Source: Tubulanus polymorphus (Eukaryota; Animalia; Nemertea). From it: a DNA stretch of 64,000 bases. Location: contig NC_134036.1 in assembly GCF_964204645.1 (NCBI RefSeq), positions 2,852,001-2,916,000 on the forward strand, in the 5' to 3' direction. The notes under the pieces are model-generated. The model was not told where the DNA came from and ran no database searches. It worked only from the letters and a program-made list of their open reading frames with translations. Both the position numbers and the translations under genes were made by a program. Shown here piece after piece: positions 24,501 to 39,181 of this stretch. How positions within the stretch are numbered: position 1 is the first letter of the stretch; each line of letters opens with the position of its first letter.

Positions 24501-27500
24501 TCCACTGGTCATTAGTTGCGTTTACTAATTACATATGACCGCTTGGTTATGCAGTAGTGTAAACTTCACAATGTATTAAGGTATATGTTGTATACGACTA
24601 TACTTATAGTTACAGAAACTTGCCCTCCCTGCCTAATCTAACATAATAAGACTTGAAATTTGGTTGTGAGTTCTTTTTTTACGCTATTCAAATGTTCATA
24701 TTCTGTGGAAAATGCTATTGAAGGTGCTGTTGTATTTTGATGAAAATGCTTGATATTCGAAATTTTTTAAGTTGTGCAATAAACTACGACTAAATTGGTG
24801 CAGTTGGGACCCGGATTTCTTGTTAACTCAATTAGGTGGTTATCGAAAAACTGAGTTTTGGTAGTGTATTTTAGGATAATGATTTGCTTACAAAATCACC
24901 AAATAAATCGTCTACCGAGATAAACAGTACCGATGTAGGACGAGTCTACAGTAATTTGGATATGAAAGTGATGCAGACACGTCCTCAAAATTTGAAACTT
25001 TTCCTTGAAAATTCTTTATATCCTTAAATGACTGATCCGATTAGGGACCCTGTTATAAGAACTCATTATTATCATATTGAATCTCTTGTCCTGTCAGCTT
25101 AAAAAGAATCGTTTGCATCAATATCGAGCATGGCCAATAAAATTTGTAGTGTTGAGTATGTTCACTATGTTTGATCATTTAGTTAGACATTACATCATTC
25201 CATTTATATATTGTTACAACAAAAGCTCTTAATATTTTAACAAAATAAAGAGCGTGATTTACAAAGTTGAAATTTCCCTTTCTCTCAACAAGAAATCTTG
25301 TTGTAAAGTTCTCGCTCATGAGCTGTGTATGTGTATGTATGTATGCGTGTCTGTCTGTGTGTGTTGTTGCACCTGTACATCCAGTCTGCTTAATGAAATT
25401 TACCCTCGGAATTTCTCACAGCCAGCTGTCAGTCAGTCAGTACGCTAGATAAGTTACTTATCACTGACTTATCCCTATCCACTTATCATCCCGTTACTCT
25501 AGAATGAGTGTAAGTGGAAGAATAGAACTTGCGTAGAACAAGATTAGAATCAACTTACCCCAAGATCAGAATCAACTTACCCCAAGCTGTTTGTCAATGC
25601 GTTCACGTTCACGCGTTTCGATTTAAAATTTTTTCCAACCCTGAAATTACGAGATATTTCAATTTAGATATGCAATAGTTGTCGTTGTTTTGGATATTCT
25701 TGCCGTGGCATTTGTCTGAAGTCAATTTGAATGATTTCTTCAACTGATCTCACTGATGATGCATCTTTGGTCATTTCGTGTCTCCAAACCTTCGTCCGTC
25801 GGGGCCTGGAATATAAATGAATAAATTGTGAAGGCAGATGTTTTGATAGTAAAAAAAACAAAAGAATATTTAGAAATCTTTTGATTTGAATCTTACGATG
25901 TATAGTGGCGCTCTCGTTGTCGAGTAGTTACCAACTTTCAATATTTTTCCTTCTTATTTTAAGTCAAACTGAATAAATTGCAAGAGCATGTATAGATTTT
26001 GATGGAGTTAAATTCTTATTAAAAAGAAATCTATGTTTTGAATCTTGCGATGTATAGTGGTGTTCTCGTTGTGGAGTAGTTACCAACTTTCAAATCGGCA
26101 ATCAACATTTCCATGGTAATTTTTTCTTTTTATTCAAAGTCAAACTGAATGCGTTTATTTGTTGTATTTTGCAGTTACATTTGGCGACGATTTCATCGTT
26201 GAAACAAGACATGAACGTAGTGGATGTCGGTCGGCGTTTACAACACGTGACTACCGAACGGGATTTACTTGAGAAACAACTCAGCAAGTCTCAGGTAATC
26301 ACACAGTAATATACGCTGTGGTAAGGGAAACTGTCCTAGTGGTTTGATTGAAACTGAGCTCGATTCGCTCTTGAGAGGTTTTGGGTTTGAACCGCGATTC
26401 GGTTTGGTGTTAATGAAAGCTGTCCACGTGGTTTAGTTGAAACGATGGTTGTTCCGCGCTCAAAAGGTAGTGCATTTAAACCCTGATGCCATGTTTAGTG
26501 GGAAAAGAAGCTGTCATCTTCACCCAGTCCTGTAGTGTGGCTGTCTCCGCAGTGTACTATGTTGCTCTACGATCCTAGTGTACCAACTGTGGTACATCAG
26601 ACCTACGAGCAATTATTTGCTCATAGATCAGACACTAAGGTTCTTGGTGAACTATCATCATGGTTTGGCTGAAAGAGTATTCAATCCGCACTTGATGATG
26701 CTTTGGGTTTAAAACATTCTGACTCCATGTTTGGTGGTAAGTGAAGCTGTCCTCGCGGTTTGGTTGAAAGGGTATTCCATCCCCACTTAAAAGGTGTTGG
26801 GTTTAAAACCTTCTGACTCTATGTTAGGTGGTTTGAGGAAGCTCTGGTGAAAATATGGATGGATGTCTTTTCTTTATCATCGTGATTGATGATTTACCAA
26901 GGATCTTCATTAGTTATTCTTTTCTCTCTCTGTAGACGGAGAAACTGCAGATTCAGCGCGATTGGACGATTCGTCTCGAACAGCAGAGTTTACGATACGA
27001 AGAACGTATCACCGAACTGCACAGCGTCATCGCCGAGTTACGGAAAAAAATCGAACGACATCAGATCAATATTATCAGGTACGAATCTCCGTCATTCTGG
27101 TTGTAAAGTTACCGGTAGACGATGATGATGATGATGACTTAAATCATTCAGTGGACGTTCATTCTCACATGTCGCACCGACGTGTGAGAAGTCATGAGCT
27201 CCGTAGCATAACAGACATCGAGATATTCAAAAGTACTTTAAAGACATTCTTATTTCGAAAGGCGTATCAGTAACCATCCACTACAGCGCCGGTGAAGACT
27301 GCATCAGTGGAACAGGCGCTATATCAATGTTTATGTGATTGATTGATTGATTGATTGATTAATGATGTGATAGTGTCGTTTCGTTTCTAGGGAAGAAGAC
27401 GAAGAAGAATCGGATGCTGGACAAAGTAACCGCAGCCAGGCGAGTTTCACGAATGATGAAAATATCGCTCTCGGTTCTCAATGCGCCACTAGTTTAGGTA

Positions 27501-30500
27501 AGATGGATTTTATATCCTGTAATTCAGCGTCATGTTCTTCTGAATGGAAAAATGCTATAATCGGTGGATGGAACTTTAATTTGAGCGAAATGTCAGGAAA
27601 CCCTTTTAAAACTCCTCTAGCTTTGGAAAACAGGTGATTAGATACCTAGCCTACACCTAAATTTATACGGGTAGGGACATTTGTTTCCAACAGTAACAGA
27701 ATAAAAAGGCACATTTAGGTAATGTTATAGATAGAATTTGCCTTTAAACCACTGTGTTAATGGTTTTACTGGGATAAACAATAACTAACACAGCTATTTC
27801 TAGCAGAAAATCGAAGGCTTGAAGACAAGATCTAAAACCATTTTTTTCATGACACACTTATTTTTCACATGAAATTTATATTTTCATGAATATTAAACAT
27901 ATACCTAACATATGATAGAGAAACTATGGGATGTGAGGATGATGGCATGTGCTCTTTGAGAGTCTACTGTTATATGTATATGAAAGTGAAACTTGAAATT
28001 TTCTCCTTCAATACTCCTTATATTCAGGAATATCTGATCTGTATGTCCCGTGTACTAACAAACATGGCTGTTCATCTTTTCTTTTTACAGATTTAGGAAA
28101 TGATTTGAATGCCGAAATATCGCGAGTCGTCTCGGAACTCGAACAGTCAATCGAGAGTCGAAAGAAACAGATCGAAGCTGTGAAGATCGATGTCGCAACG
28201 ACAACCGCGACAGAACCTACTTACGAGAAACTGATGGAAGACAATCTAGAGGATAAAACAGTCGGAGATCAGGTGAGCTTTTTATGATACCAAATTTTCT
28301 ATATTCCAGTAAGCATTCTGATGCCTGCCTGGTAAGTTGAGAGTCTCTTCTGAGACGTCCTACAGGAAGCGGTGTTCCGATCAAGTATCTTGAATGAAGA
28401 TCTAGTTTAGTCTGTGTGAAGTTCTAGTTGAGTCTATCTAAGAGTGGAGTTCTAGTTAAATCTGAATGAAGTTCTAGTTGAGTCTATCTAAGAGTGAAGA
28501 TCTAGTTGAGTCTATCCAAGAGTGGAGATCTAGTTGAGTCTGTGTGAAGTTCTAGTTGAGTCTAAGAGTGGAGATCTAGTTGGTTCTGAGTGACGATCTA
28601 GTTGAGTCTATCTAAGAGTGGAGATCTAGTTGAGTCTGTGTGAAGTTCTAGTTGAGTCTAAGAGTGGAGATCTAGTTGGTTCTGAGTGAAGATCTAGTTG
28701 AGTCTGTGTGAAGTTCTTGTTGAGTCTAAGAGTGGAGATCTAGTTGAGTCTAAGAGTGAAGATCTAGTTGGTTCTGAGTGAAGATCTAGTTGAGTCTGTG
28801 TGAAGTTCTAGTTGAGTCTTAGAGTGGAGATCTAGTTGAGTCTGTGTGAAGATCTAGTTGAGTCTAAGAGTGGAGATCTAGTTGGTTCTGAGTGAAGATC
28901 TAGTTGAGTCTGTGTGAAGTTCTAGTTGAGTCTAAGAGTGGAGATCTAGTTGGTTCTGAGTGACGATCTAGTTGAGTCTATCTAAGAGTGGAGATCTAGT
29001 TGAGTCTAGGAGTGGAGATCTAGTTGGTTCTGAGTGAAGATCTAGTTGAGTCTGTGTGAAGATCTAGTTGAGTCTAAGAGTGGAGATCTAGTTGGTTCTG
29101 AGTGACGATCTAGTTGAGTCTATCTAAGAGTGGAGATCTAGTTGAGTCTAGGAGTGGAGATCTAGTTGGTTCTGAGTGAAGATCTAGTTGAGTCTGTGTG
29201 AAGTTCTAGTTGAGTCTAAGAGTGGAGATCTAGTTGAGTCTGTGTGAAGTTCTAGTTGGTTCTGAGTGATGATCTAGTTGAGTCTAAGAGTGGAGATCTA
29301 GTTGAGTCTGTGTGAAGTTCTAGTTGAGTCTGTGTGAAGTTCTAGTTGAGTCTAAGAGTGGAGATCTAGTTGGTTCTGAGTGACGATCTAGTTGAGTCTA
29401 TCTAAGAGTGGAGATCTAGTTGAGTCTAGGAGTGGAGATCTAGTTGGTTCTGAGTGAAGATCTAGTTGAGTCTGTGTGAAGTTCTAGTTGAGTCTAAGAG
29501 TGGAGATCTAGTTGAGTCTGTGTGAAGTTCTAGTTGGTTCTGAGTGATGATCTAGTTGAGTCTAAGAGTGGAGATCTAGTTGAGTCTGTGTGAAGTTCTA
29601 GTTGAGTCTGTGTGAAGTTTTTGTTGAGTCTAAGAGTGGAGATCTAGTTGAGTCTGTGTGAAGTTCTTGTTGAGTCTAAGAGTGGAGATCTAGTTGAGTC
29701 TGTGTGAAGTTCTTGTTGAGTCTAAGAGTGGAGATCTAGTTGAGTCTGAGTGGAGATCTAGTTGAGTCTGTGTGAAGTTCTTGTTGAGTCTAAGAGTGGA
29801 GATCTAGTTGAGTCTAAGAGTGAAGATCTAGTTGAGTCTGTGTGAAGTTCTTGTTGAGTCTAAGAGTGGAGATCTAGTTGAGTCTGTGTGAAGTTCTAGT
29901 TGAGTCTGTGTGAAGTTCTTGTTGAGTCTAAGAGTGGAGATCTAGTTGAGTCTGTGTGAAGTTCTTGTTGAGTCTAAGAGTGGAGATCTAGTTGAGTCTG
30001 TGTGAAGTTCTTGTTGAGTCTAAGAGTGGAGATCTAGTTGAGTCTGAGTGGAGATCTAGTTGAGTCTGTGTGAAGTTCTGGTTGAGTCTAAGAGTGCAGA
30101 TCTAGTTGATTTTCTGTGTGGAGTTCTAGTTGAGTCTATCCAAGAGTGGAGATCTAGTTGGTTCTGAGTGAAGATCTAGTTGAGTCTAAGAGTGGAGATC
30201 TAGTTGAGTCTTAAGAGTGGAGATCTAGTTGGTTCTGAGTGAAGATCTAGTTGAGTCTGTGTGAAGTTCTAGTTGAGTCTAAGAGTGGAGATCTAGTTGA
30301 GTCTATCCATGAGTGGAGATCTAGTTGGTTCTGAGTGAAGATCTAGTTGAGTCTGTGTGAAGTTCTAGTTGAGTCTAAGAGTGGAGATGTAGTTGAGTCT
30401 ATCAGAGAGTGGAGATCTAGTTGAGTCTGTGTGGAGTTCTAGTTGAGTCTAAGAGTGGAGATCTAGTTGAGTCTGTGTGAAGTTCTAGTTGGTTCTGAGT

Positions 30501-33500
30501 GATGATCTAGTTGAGTCTAAGAGTGGAGATCTAGTTGAGTCTGTGTGAAGATCTAGTTGAGTCTAAGAGTGGAGATCTAGTTGAGTTTAAGAGTGGAGAT
30601 CTAGTTGAGTCTGTGTGAAGTTCTAGTTGGTTCTGAGTGACGATCTAGTTGAGTCTATCTAAGAGTGAAGTTCTAGTTGAGTCTATCCAAGAGTGGAGAT
30701 CTAGTTGGTTCTGAGTGAAGATCTAGTTGAGTCTGTGTGAAGTTCTTGTTGAGTCTAAGAGTGGAGATCTAGTTGAGTCTATCAGAGAGTGGAGATCTAG
30801 TTGAGTCTGTGTGGAGTTCTAGTTGAGTCTAAGAGTGGAGATCTAGTTGAGTCTGTGTGAAGTTCTAGTTGGTTCTGAGTGATGATCTAGTTGAGTCTAA
30901 GAGTGGAGATCTAGTTGAGTCTGTGTGAAGATCTAGTTGAGTCTAAGAGTGGAGATCTAGTTGAGTTTAAGAGTGGAGATCTAGTTGAGTCTAAGAGTGG
31001 AGATCTAGTTGAGTCTGTGTGGAGTTCTAGTTGAGTCTGTGTGAAGTTCTAGTTGATTCTATCTAAGAGTGGAGATCTAGTTGTGTCTGTGTGAAGTTCT
31101 TGTTGAGTCTAAGAGTGGAGATCTAGTTGAGTCTGTGTGAAGTTCTAGTTGGTTCTGAGTGATGATCTAGTTGAGTCTAAGAGTGGAGATCTAGTTGAGT
31201 CTGTGTGAAGTTCTTGTTGAGTTTAAGAGTGGAGATCTAGTTGAGTCTGTGTGAAGTTCTAGTTGAGTCAATCTAAGAGTGGAGATCTAGTTGAGTCTGT
31301 GTGAAGTTCTAGTTGAGTCTGTGTGAAGTTCTAGTTGAGTCTATCTAAGAGTGGAGATCTAGTTGAGTCTGTGTGAAGTTCTTGTTGAGTCTAAGAGTGG
31401 AGATCTAGTTGAGTCTGTGTGAAGTTCTTGTTGAGTCTAAGAGTGGAGATCTAGTTGAGTCTGTGTGAAGTTCTAGTTGGTTCTGAGTGATGATCTAGTT
31501 GAGTCTAAGAGTGGAGATCTAGTTGAGTCTGTGTGAAGTTCTTGTTGAGTCTAAGAGTAGAGATCTAGTTGAGTCTGTGTGAAGTTCTTGTTGAGTCTAA
31601 GAGTAGAGATCTAGTTGATTTTCTGTGTGGAGTTCTAGTTGAGTCTATCCAAGAGTGGAGATCTAGTTGGTTCTGAGTGAAGATCTAGTTGAGTCTAAGA
31701 GTGGAGATCTAGTTGAGTCTTAAGAGTGGAGATCTAGTTGGTTCTGAGTGAAGATCTAGTTGAGTCTGTGTGAAGTTCTAGTTGAGTCTAAGAGTGGAGA
31801 TCTAGTTGAGTCTATCCATGAGTGGAGATCTAGTTGGTTCTGAGTGAAGATCTAGTTGAGTCTGTGTGAAGTTCTAGTTGAGTCTAAGAGTGGAGATGTA
31901 GTTGAGTCTATCTAAGAGTGAAGTTCTAGTTGAGTCTATCCAAGAGTGGAGATCTAGTTGGTTCTGAGTGAAGATCTAGTTGAGTCTGTGTGAAGTTCTT
32001 GTTGAGTCTAAGAGTGGAGATCTAGTTGAGTCTATCAGAGAGTGGAGATCTAGTTGAGTCTGTGTGGAGTTCTAGTTGAGTCTAAGAGTGGAGATCTAGT
32101 TGAGTCTGTGTGAAGTTCTAGTTGGTTCTGAGTGATGATCTAGTTGAGTCTAAGAGTGGAGATCTAGTTGAGTCTGTGTGAAGATCTAGTTGAGTCTAAG
32201 AGTGGAGATCTAGTTGAGTTTAAGAGTGGAGATCTAGTTGAGTCTAAGAGTGGAGATCTAGTTGAGTCTGTGTGGAGTTCTAGTTGAGTCTGTGTGAAGT
32301 TCTAGTTGAGTCTGTGTGAAGTTCTAGTTGATTCTATCTAAGAGTGGAGATCTAGTTGTGTCTGTGTGAAGTTCTTGTTGAGTCTAAGAGTGGAGATCTA
32401 GTTGAGTCTGTGTGAAGTTCTAGTTGGTTCTGAGTGATGATCTAGTTGAGTCTAAGAGTGGAGATCTAGTTGAGTCTGTGTGAAGTTCTTGTTGAGTTTA
32501 AGAGTGGAGATCTAGTTGAGTCTGTGTGAAGTTCTAGTTGATTCTATCTAAGAGTGGAGATCTAGTTGTGTCTGTGTGAAGTTCTTGTTGAGTCTAAGAG
32601 TGGAGATCTAGTTGAGTCTGTGTGAAGTTCTAGTTGGTTCTGAGTGATGATCTAGTTGAGTCTAAGAGTGGAGATCTAGTTGAGTCTGTGTGAAGTTCTT
32701 GTTGAGTTTAAGAGTGGAGATCTAGTTGAGTCTGTGTGAAGTTCTAGTTGAGTCAATCTAAGAGTGGAGATCTAGTTGAGTCTGTGTGAAGTTCTAGTTG
32801 AGTCTGTGTGAAGTTCTAGTTGAGTCTATCTAAGAGTGGAGATCTAGTTGAGTCTGTGTGAAGTTCTTGTTGAGTCTAAGAGTGGAGATCTAGTTGAGTC
32901 TGTGTGAAGTTCTTGTTGAGTCTAAGAGTGGAGATCTAGTTGAGTCTGTGTGAAGTTCTAGTTGGTTCTGAGTGATGATCTAGTTGAGTCTAAGAGTGGA
33001 GATCTAGTTGAGTCTGTGTGAAGTTCTTGTTGAGTCTAAGAGTAGAGATCTAGTTGAGTCTGTGTGAAGTTCTTGTTGAGTCTAAGAGTAGAGATCTAGT
33101 TGATTTTCTGTGTGGAGTTCTAGTTGAGTCTATCCAAGAGTGGAGATCTAGTTGGTTCTGAGTGAAGATCTAGTTGAGTCTAAGAGTGGAGATCTAGTTG
33201 AGTCTTAAGAGTGGAGATCTAGTTGGTTCTGAGTGAAGATCTAGTTGAGTCTGTGTGAAGTTCTAGTTGAGTCTAAGAGTGGAGATCTAGTTGAGTCTAT
33301 CCATGAGTGGAGATCTAGTTGGTTCTGAGTGAAGATCTAGTTGAGTCTGTGTGAAGTTCTAGTTGAGTCTAAGAGTGGAGATGTAGTTGAGTCTATCTAA
33401 GAGTGAAGTTCTAGTTGAGTCTATCCAAGAGTGGAGATCTAGTTGGTTCTGAGTGAAGATCTAGTTGAGTCTGTGTGAAGTTCTTGTTGAGTCTAAGAGT

Positions 33501-36500
33501 GGAGATCTAGTTGAGTCTGTGTGAAGTTCTAGTTGGTTCTGAGTGATGATCTAGTTGAGTCTAAGAGTGGAGATCTAGTTGAGTCTGTGTGAAGATCTAG
33601 TTGAGTCTAAGAGTGGAGATCTAGTTGAGTCTATCAGAGAGTGGAGATCTAGTTGAGTCTGTGTGGAGTTCTAGTTGAGTCTAAGAGTGGAGATCTAGTT
33701 GAGTCTGTGTGAAGTTCTAGTTGGTTCTGAGTGATGATCTAGTTGAGTCTAAGAGTGGAGATCTAGTTGAGTCTGTGTGAAGATCTAGTTGAGTCTAAGA
33801 GTGGAGATCTAGTTGAGTTTAAGAGTGGAGATCTAGTTGAGTCTAAGAGTGGAGATCTAGTTGAGTCTGTGTGGAGTTCTAGTTGAGTCTGTGTGAAGTT
33901 CTAGTTGAGTCTGTGTGAAGTTCTAGTTGATTCTATCTAAGAGTGGAGATCTAGTTGTGTCTGTGTGAAGTTCTTGTTGAGTCTAAGAGTGGAGATCTAG
34001 TTGAGTCTGTGTGAAGTTCTAGTTGGTTCTGAGTGATGATCTAGTTGAGTCTAAGAGTGGAGATCTAGTTGAGTCTGTGTGAAGTTCTTGTTGAGTTTAA
34101 GAGTGGAGATCTAGTTGAGTCTGTGTGAAGTTCTAGTTGAGTCAATCTAAGAGTGGAGATCTAGTTGAGTCTGTGTGAAGTTCTAGTTGAGTCTAAGAGT
34201 GGAGATCTAGTTGAGTCTGTGTGAAGTTCTAGTTGAGTCTATGAGTGGAGATCTAGTTGAGTCTAAGAGTGGAGTTCTAGTTGAGTCTGTGTGAAGTTCT
34301 TGTTGAGTCTAAGAGTGGAGATCTAGTTGAGTCTGTGTGAAGTTCTTGTTGAGTCTAAGAGTGGAGATCTAGTTGAGTCTGTGTGAAGTTCTAGTTGGTT
34401 CTGAGTGATGATCTAGTTGAGTCTAAGAGTGGAGATCTAGTTGAGTCTGTGTGAAGTTCTTGTTGAGTCTAAGAGTAGAGATCTAGTTGAGTCTGTGTGA
34501 AGTTCTTGTTGAGTCTAAGAGTAGAGATCTAGTTGATTTTCTGTGTGGAGTTCTAGTTGAGTCTATCCAAGAGTGGAGATCTAGTTGGTTCTGAGTGAAG
34601 ATCTAGTTGAGTCTGTGTGAAGTTCTTGTTGAGTCTAAGAGTGGAGATCTAGTTTATTTTCTGTGTGGAGTTCTAGTTGAGTCTATCCAAGAGTGGAGAT
34701 CTAGTTGGTTCTGAGTGAAGTTCTTGTTGAGTCTAAGAGTGGAGATCTAGTTGAGTCTGAGTGGAGATCTAGTTGAGTCTGTGTGAAGATCTAGTTCAGT
34801 CTAAGAGTGGAGATCTAGTTGAGTCTGAGTGATGTTCTAGTTGAGTCTTTCTAAGAGTGGAGATCTAGTTGAGTCTAAGAGTGGAGATCTAGTTGAGTCT
34901 ATCTAAGAGTAGAGATCTAGTTGAGTCTATCTAAGAATGGAGATCTAGTTGAGAATCTAAGAGTGGAGATCTAGTTGAGTCTTTGAGAGTGGAGATCTAG
35001 TTGAGTGTGAGTGAAATTCTAGTTGAATCTATCTGTAAGTGGAGATCTAGTCGAGTCTGAGTGGAGATCTAGTCGAGTCTGAGTGGAGATCTAGTTGAGT
35101 CTATCAGAGAGTGGAGATCTAGTTGAGTCTGAATGAAGATCTAGTTGAGTCTATCTAAGAGTGAAGATATAGTGGATTCTGAGAGTGAACATTTAGTTGA
35201 TTCGATCCGAGAGTGAAGATATAGTTGAAAGTGGAGATTTGTTGACTCAATATCAAGCTAACTATGTCATAGCTATTAAAATTCATTGATTTCTAATCGT
35301 AGGTATCACCATCGAGCACAACAAAAGATGAAGATGGCCGAGATATTGAAACGCTGTCGTATCGACATTCAGGAGTGGAGTCTTCTGCCGACACCCTACA
35401 TCGAGAACAGATTGAAACGTGTCGTGTACAAATTGATGTTTTACAACAGCAGAACTTCGAACTTCGAGATCAGGTTGGACGTCAAGAAGTCGATTTGAAT
35501 AAACTCAAAGCTCAGCTTGGCGGGCTTCAAGAGGAGAAAACTAAACTTCTGTCAAAGGTAAACAGTCTTAAAACGTAAAGAAGGAGTTGACAAAATGTTG
35601 TCTAACTTGTTACCCATTGTTCAATGTTATCAATTCCAAAATTTTGAGATCATTTTGAAGTTTCGATGCTGATTATTCCAGTCTCACTGAAAACTATAAG
35701 TGGTGTCTCATTGTTGTTATTTCAGAACAAAGAGTTGCACTATAAACTGCAGACGAATTCCGGTAATTGCACGACGAGTCCGTCTCACAGTCGGTTCAGT
35801 GGTAGTCCGCAACACAGTCGTACGTCGACCCCGACAACGCCCGGTGCGATGATCGGACCGTTGATACCGCAGTGTCAAGCTGATAGGTGCGTTCGATGAT
35901 CAAATTTTGAGCCAAGTCAATGAAGTTGTCCTCAAAGATATTCGAATGGAATGTTCCTCTTGTTTGCTTCTCAACGCTCAGAATATAAGGCAGAGGTTGA
36001 TAGCAAAGAGGTTTACACTAATGATACAAGCCCTGATATTGCTAATTTTAGTAATTTTCACCGGGAAAAGAGAGTAATTTCACCTCAAGAATAGTAATTT
36101 AATCGAACATGAACTAGAAACTAGCCTAATTTTGAGAGTATATTGATATCTGAAGGAGAACTAAACTATTCCTCAATAGTATCTTGTAATCAGGTCTGAA
36201 GATGTCGTTATTGATGCTATAATCGTGTGATTACAGAATGATGAACAGCTCTGGTGATCAAGTTCCTGTAGCGAAAGTAGCCGAACTGAAGAAATTACGA
36301 ACAAGTAGCAGTGAACATAAACTAACCGGTGTCCAAATATCGCAACACGGGGTGAGTCTACTATATATAATGACCTTCAGACGCAAGTTGAATAGAAATT
36401 GATTTCATCGTGTTTTTCATATTTCAACAGCTTCCGAACGCGAAGGTAGCGGAGCATCTCGCCGCCAGTTTGCAAGATTGTTCGAACCTGCAAGAAATCG

Positions 36501-39139
36501 TCCAAGCCGTTTATCAGTGTGGCAACGAAATCTCCGAGAATAAAGTGCAAGAATTCGAGATCGAAACCGATAGATTGAACAGTAAAATTGATCACTTCAA
36601 ATCACAAAACGATCTTCTTTCGATTACGCTCGAGGTAAGTCTTATGGCTACATTCATGCCACTTGTGAGCTTTTCACGTGTTTCATAGCAATCCTTGAAA
36701 TCCTTTAATGAGAATGGGTCAAGGCCTTGAATATCATGGAATGGGCTCTTAAGTCCTTAAATCATTGTCATGGTCCTTGTAAGGCATCGCCTCACTACAC
36801 GATTGGCTTGAAGCTGACCAAAAATTCTTTTGCAAATTTTTACTCTGATTTTGTTTGTCTATTTCATCTACTGGTACATCGCCATTTCTATCCCTCCTCT
36901 GTCTCTCCACTTCAGGAATCGAAAGCTCACTGCGATCGGTTGACGGTGTTGATGGGCAAGTACGAATCGAACAATCTAGCGTTACAACTCGCATTGAACT
37001 ATAGCGACCAGACAATCGAAGGATATGAAATTCTGATAGCTTTACTCGAGAGTGAAATGGGTGTGTTGCTGTCTAATTGTCGAGCGGCTGGCCTCGGTCA
37101 TATAGGTAAGTCTCGTCTGAAGTCGTAGCATTGTTATTTCAGATCTGATGGTGACTGTTGAAGTTTTTCGGGTTCCATTGTTGTATATTCAAGCCAATGG
37201 ATTTGTTTAACTCAATGTCAGTTGCTATTGACGAGAATCCTGGAAAGGGTTACTGTTGATTCAAGATCAGAAGTTGACCTGGAATTTCGTAAAAAGTTTT
37301 AAGATCAGTGAAAAGTCGGGGAAATTTGTTGAGATTGTGCGTAAAGTCAGTTTCTGTCAATGTCTTACGTTACGCATTTGACTATGTTAATTGATTGAAT
37401 TCTTAGCTTTTTCAAGTCAGAGAAACCAACGCGCATGTCGGGGTAAAAGCAAGTCAAAACAAAAGCGGCCTCCCTGAAAACTCTCTTGAATTTTGATGAT
37501 TTTACTGGATGCGATGTCTATCTGATTTCAGCTGGAGTAGAGAATCTGATCGGTCAAGAGGAGATCGCGTCGACATTACATCGAACTCATCATTCGCGGA
37601 AAATCGCTGAAAACGTCGCCAAGCAACTGATTCATAAACTAGATCGCAGCTGCGTCGTCGGTAGTAACAGTGGAGGGTATAACGTGAATTGGAGCGCGAG
37701 CCCTGGTCCGTGGGACGAGAACTCGATGGGTCGTACTGCCAGGTATATTATCATCAAACTCATGACAATGATCAGGTTGTTGTAAGTTATGGCATCAGGA
37801 TGCTGAAAAATTATCACAGTTTAAGAATTCCAAAAGGCTAAGTAAACAATAATGAACGCTTTTACGGTTCTAGTGCAATATCATAACATACAAACTTCCA
37901 TCATCTTTACAATAAATACTGCTTCAAACATATTTGAAACTATCAATTGGATAGATGGGATACTGTTTTTAAAGAAGTGCAGTGAATTCCAGACGTAGAG
38001 AATTATGGATATTTTTACGGTTTAGGACGCTTTTATGGTCCTTTTCTTACAAGTACATAGTTATATCGGAAAAACAGGTATAAGATTTACCAATGAATAT
38101 ACTCCTGCAAACATATTTGAAACTTTTGTCTTACATCCAAAGTATGTCAAATAGTTATAAAAAGTGCACCAAGCAGACCATTATTTCAGAATGCTTTTAT
38201 AGTTCTCATTTACCTGGTCTTACAATATTGTGTTAAAACGCCCCAACAGCCCATCATCCTTCCAATAAATATCATCCTGGTAACATTTTTACTTGGATCG
38301 ACGGGATGCTGTTAGAAATTGAGCGCACGCTTTTGGTAGAGAACTATGGACGCTTTTATGGTCCTTCTCTACCAAGTAGATAGTGTATATAAACAGACTA
38401 ACGCTTGTAACATACTTGAAAAATACAAAATCTTAAACTTACTTAGATTATATACCCTCTAAAATGAGTTTATAGCATAGCAGCGATAATATTAGATATC
38501 ACCAGGGACAGAGGCTACTAACCAGTGCAGGAATGAGTATTTGAAATTGAATTTTATTACAACCGTTTCAGTACGACAAGTTCAACGGGAAGCAATTCAG
38601 ACACGGAATTTACAAAGTACGACGAACAAAAACTGCGCGATCACATCCAACAATTGAAGAGCGATCGAGCGGCTGTGAAATCGACTGTGCTCGATTTAGA
38701 GAGCGTACATGTCGATCCGTTGTCGTCGGAGATGCAAATAAATCCCGACGCCCAACGACTCGATCTGGAAAATGCTGTGCTGATGCAGGAACTGATGGCT
38801 ATGAAAGTAAGTTTGATTAGTTGTATTGTACAGGGTAGTGACTTAACTGGCCTTTAATCAGGGAAAAGTCAGGGAATTTTGTATGATAGCTAAAAATTGG
38901 GGAAATTTATTGAGATTGCTAGATCGCGGGTAATATCAAACATTTTTCTTCTAGTCTATGTCTTACGTATTTTACAGTGTTAGTTTATTGAATTCCTAGC
39001 AGATCGTGCCAGGGGAAAAGCGAGTCAAATACAATTGCCCCCCCCCCCCTATGGTAGTTTAAGTATTTGGTCAAGACCGTGTGACCCATAGCCATGAAAT
39101 GTGCGAAATTTTATGCATGTAGTTAGTTGCCCAGTAGTT

Positions 39140-39181
<42 letters not shown>

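Noticed and set aside
28392-35240. CRISPR-like array (constant core plus variable part)
   Set aside because: The variable parts are 9-15 bp and reused many times rather than unique spacers, there are no cas genes, and the array lies in a eukaryotic intron.
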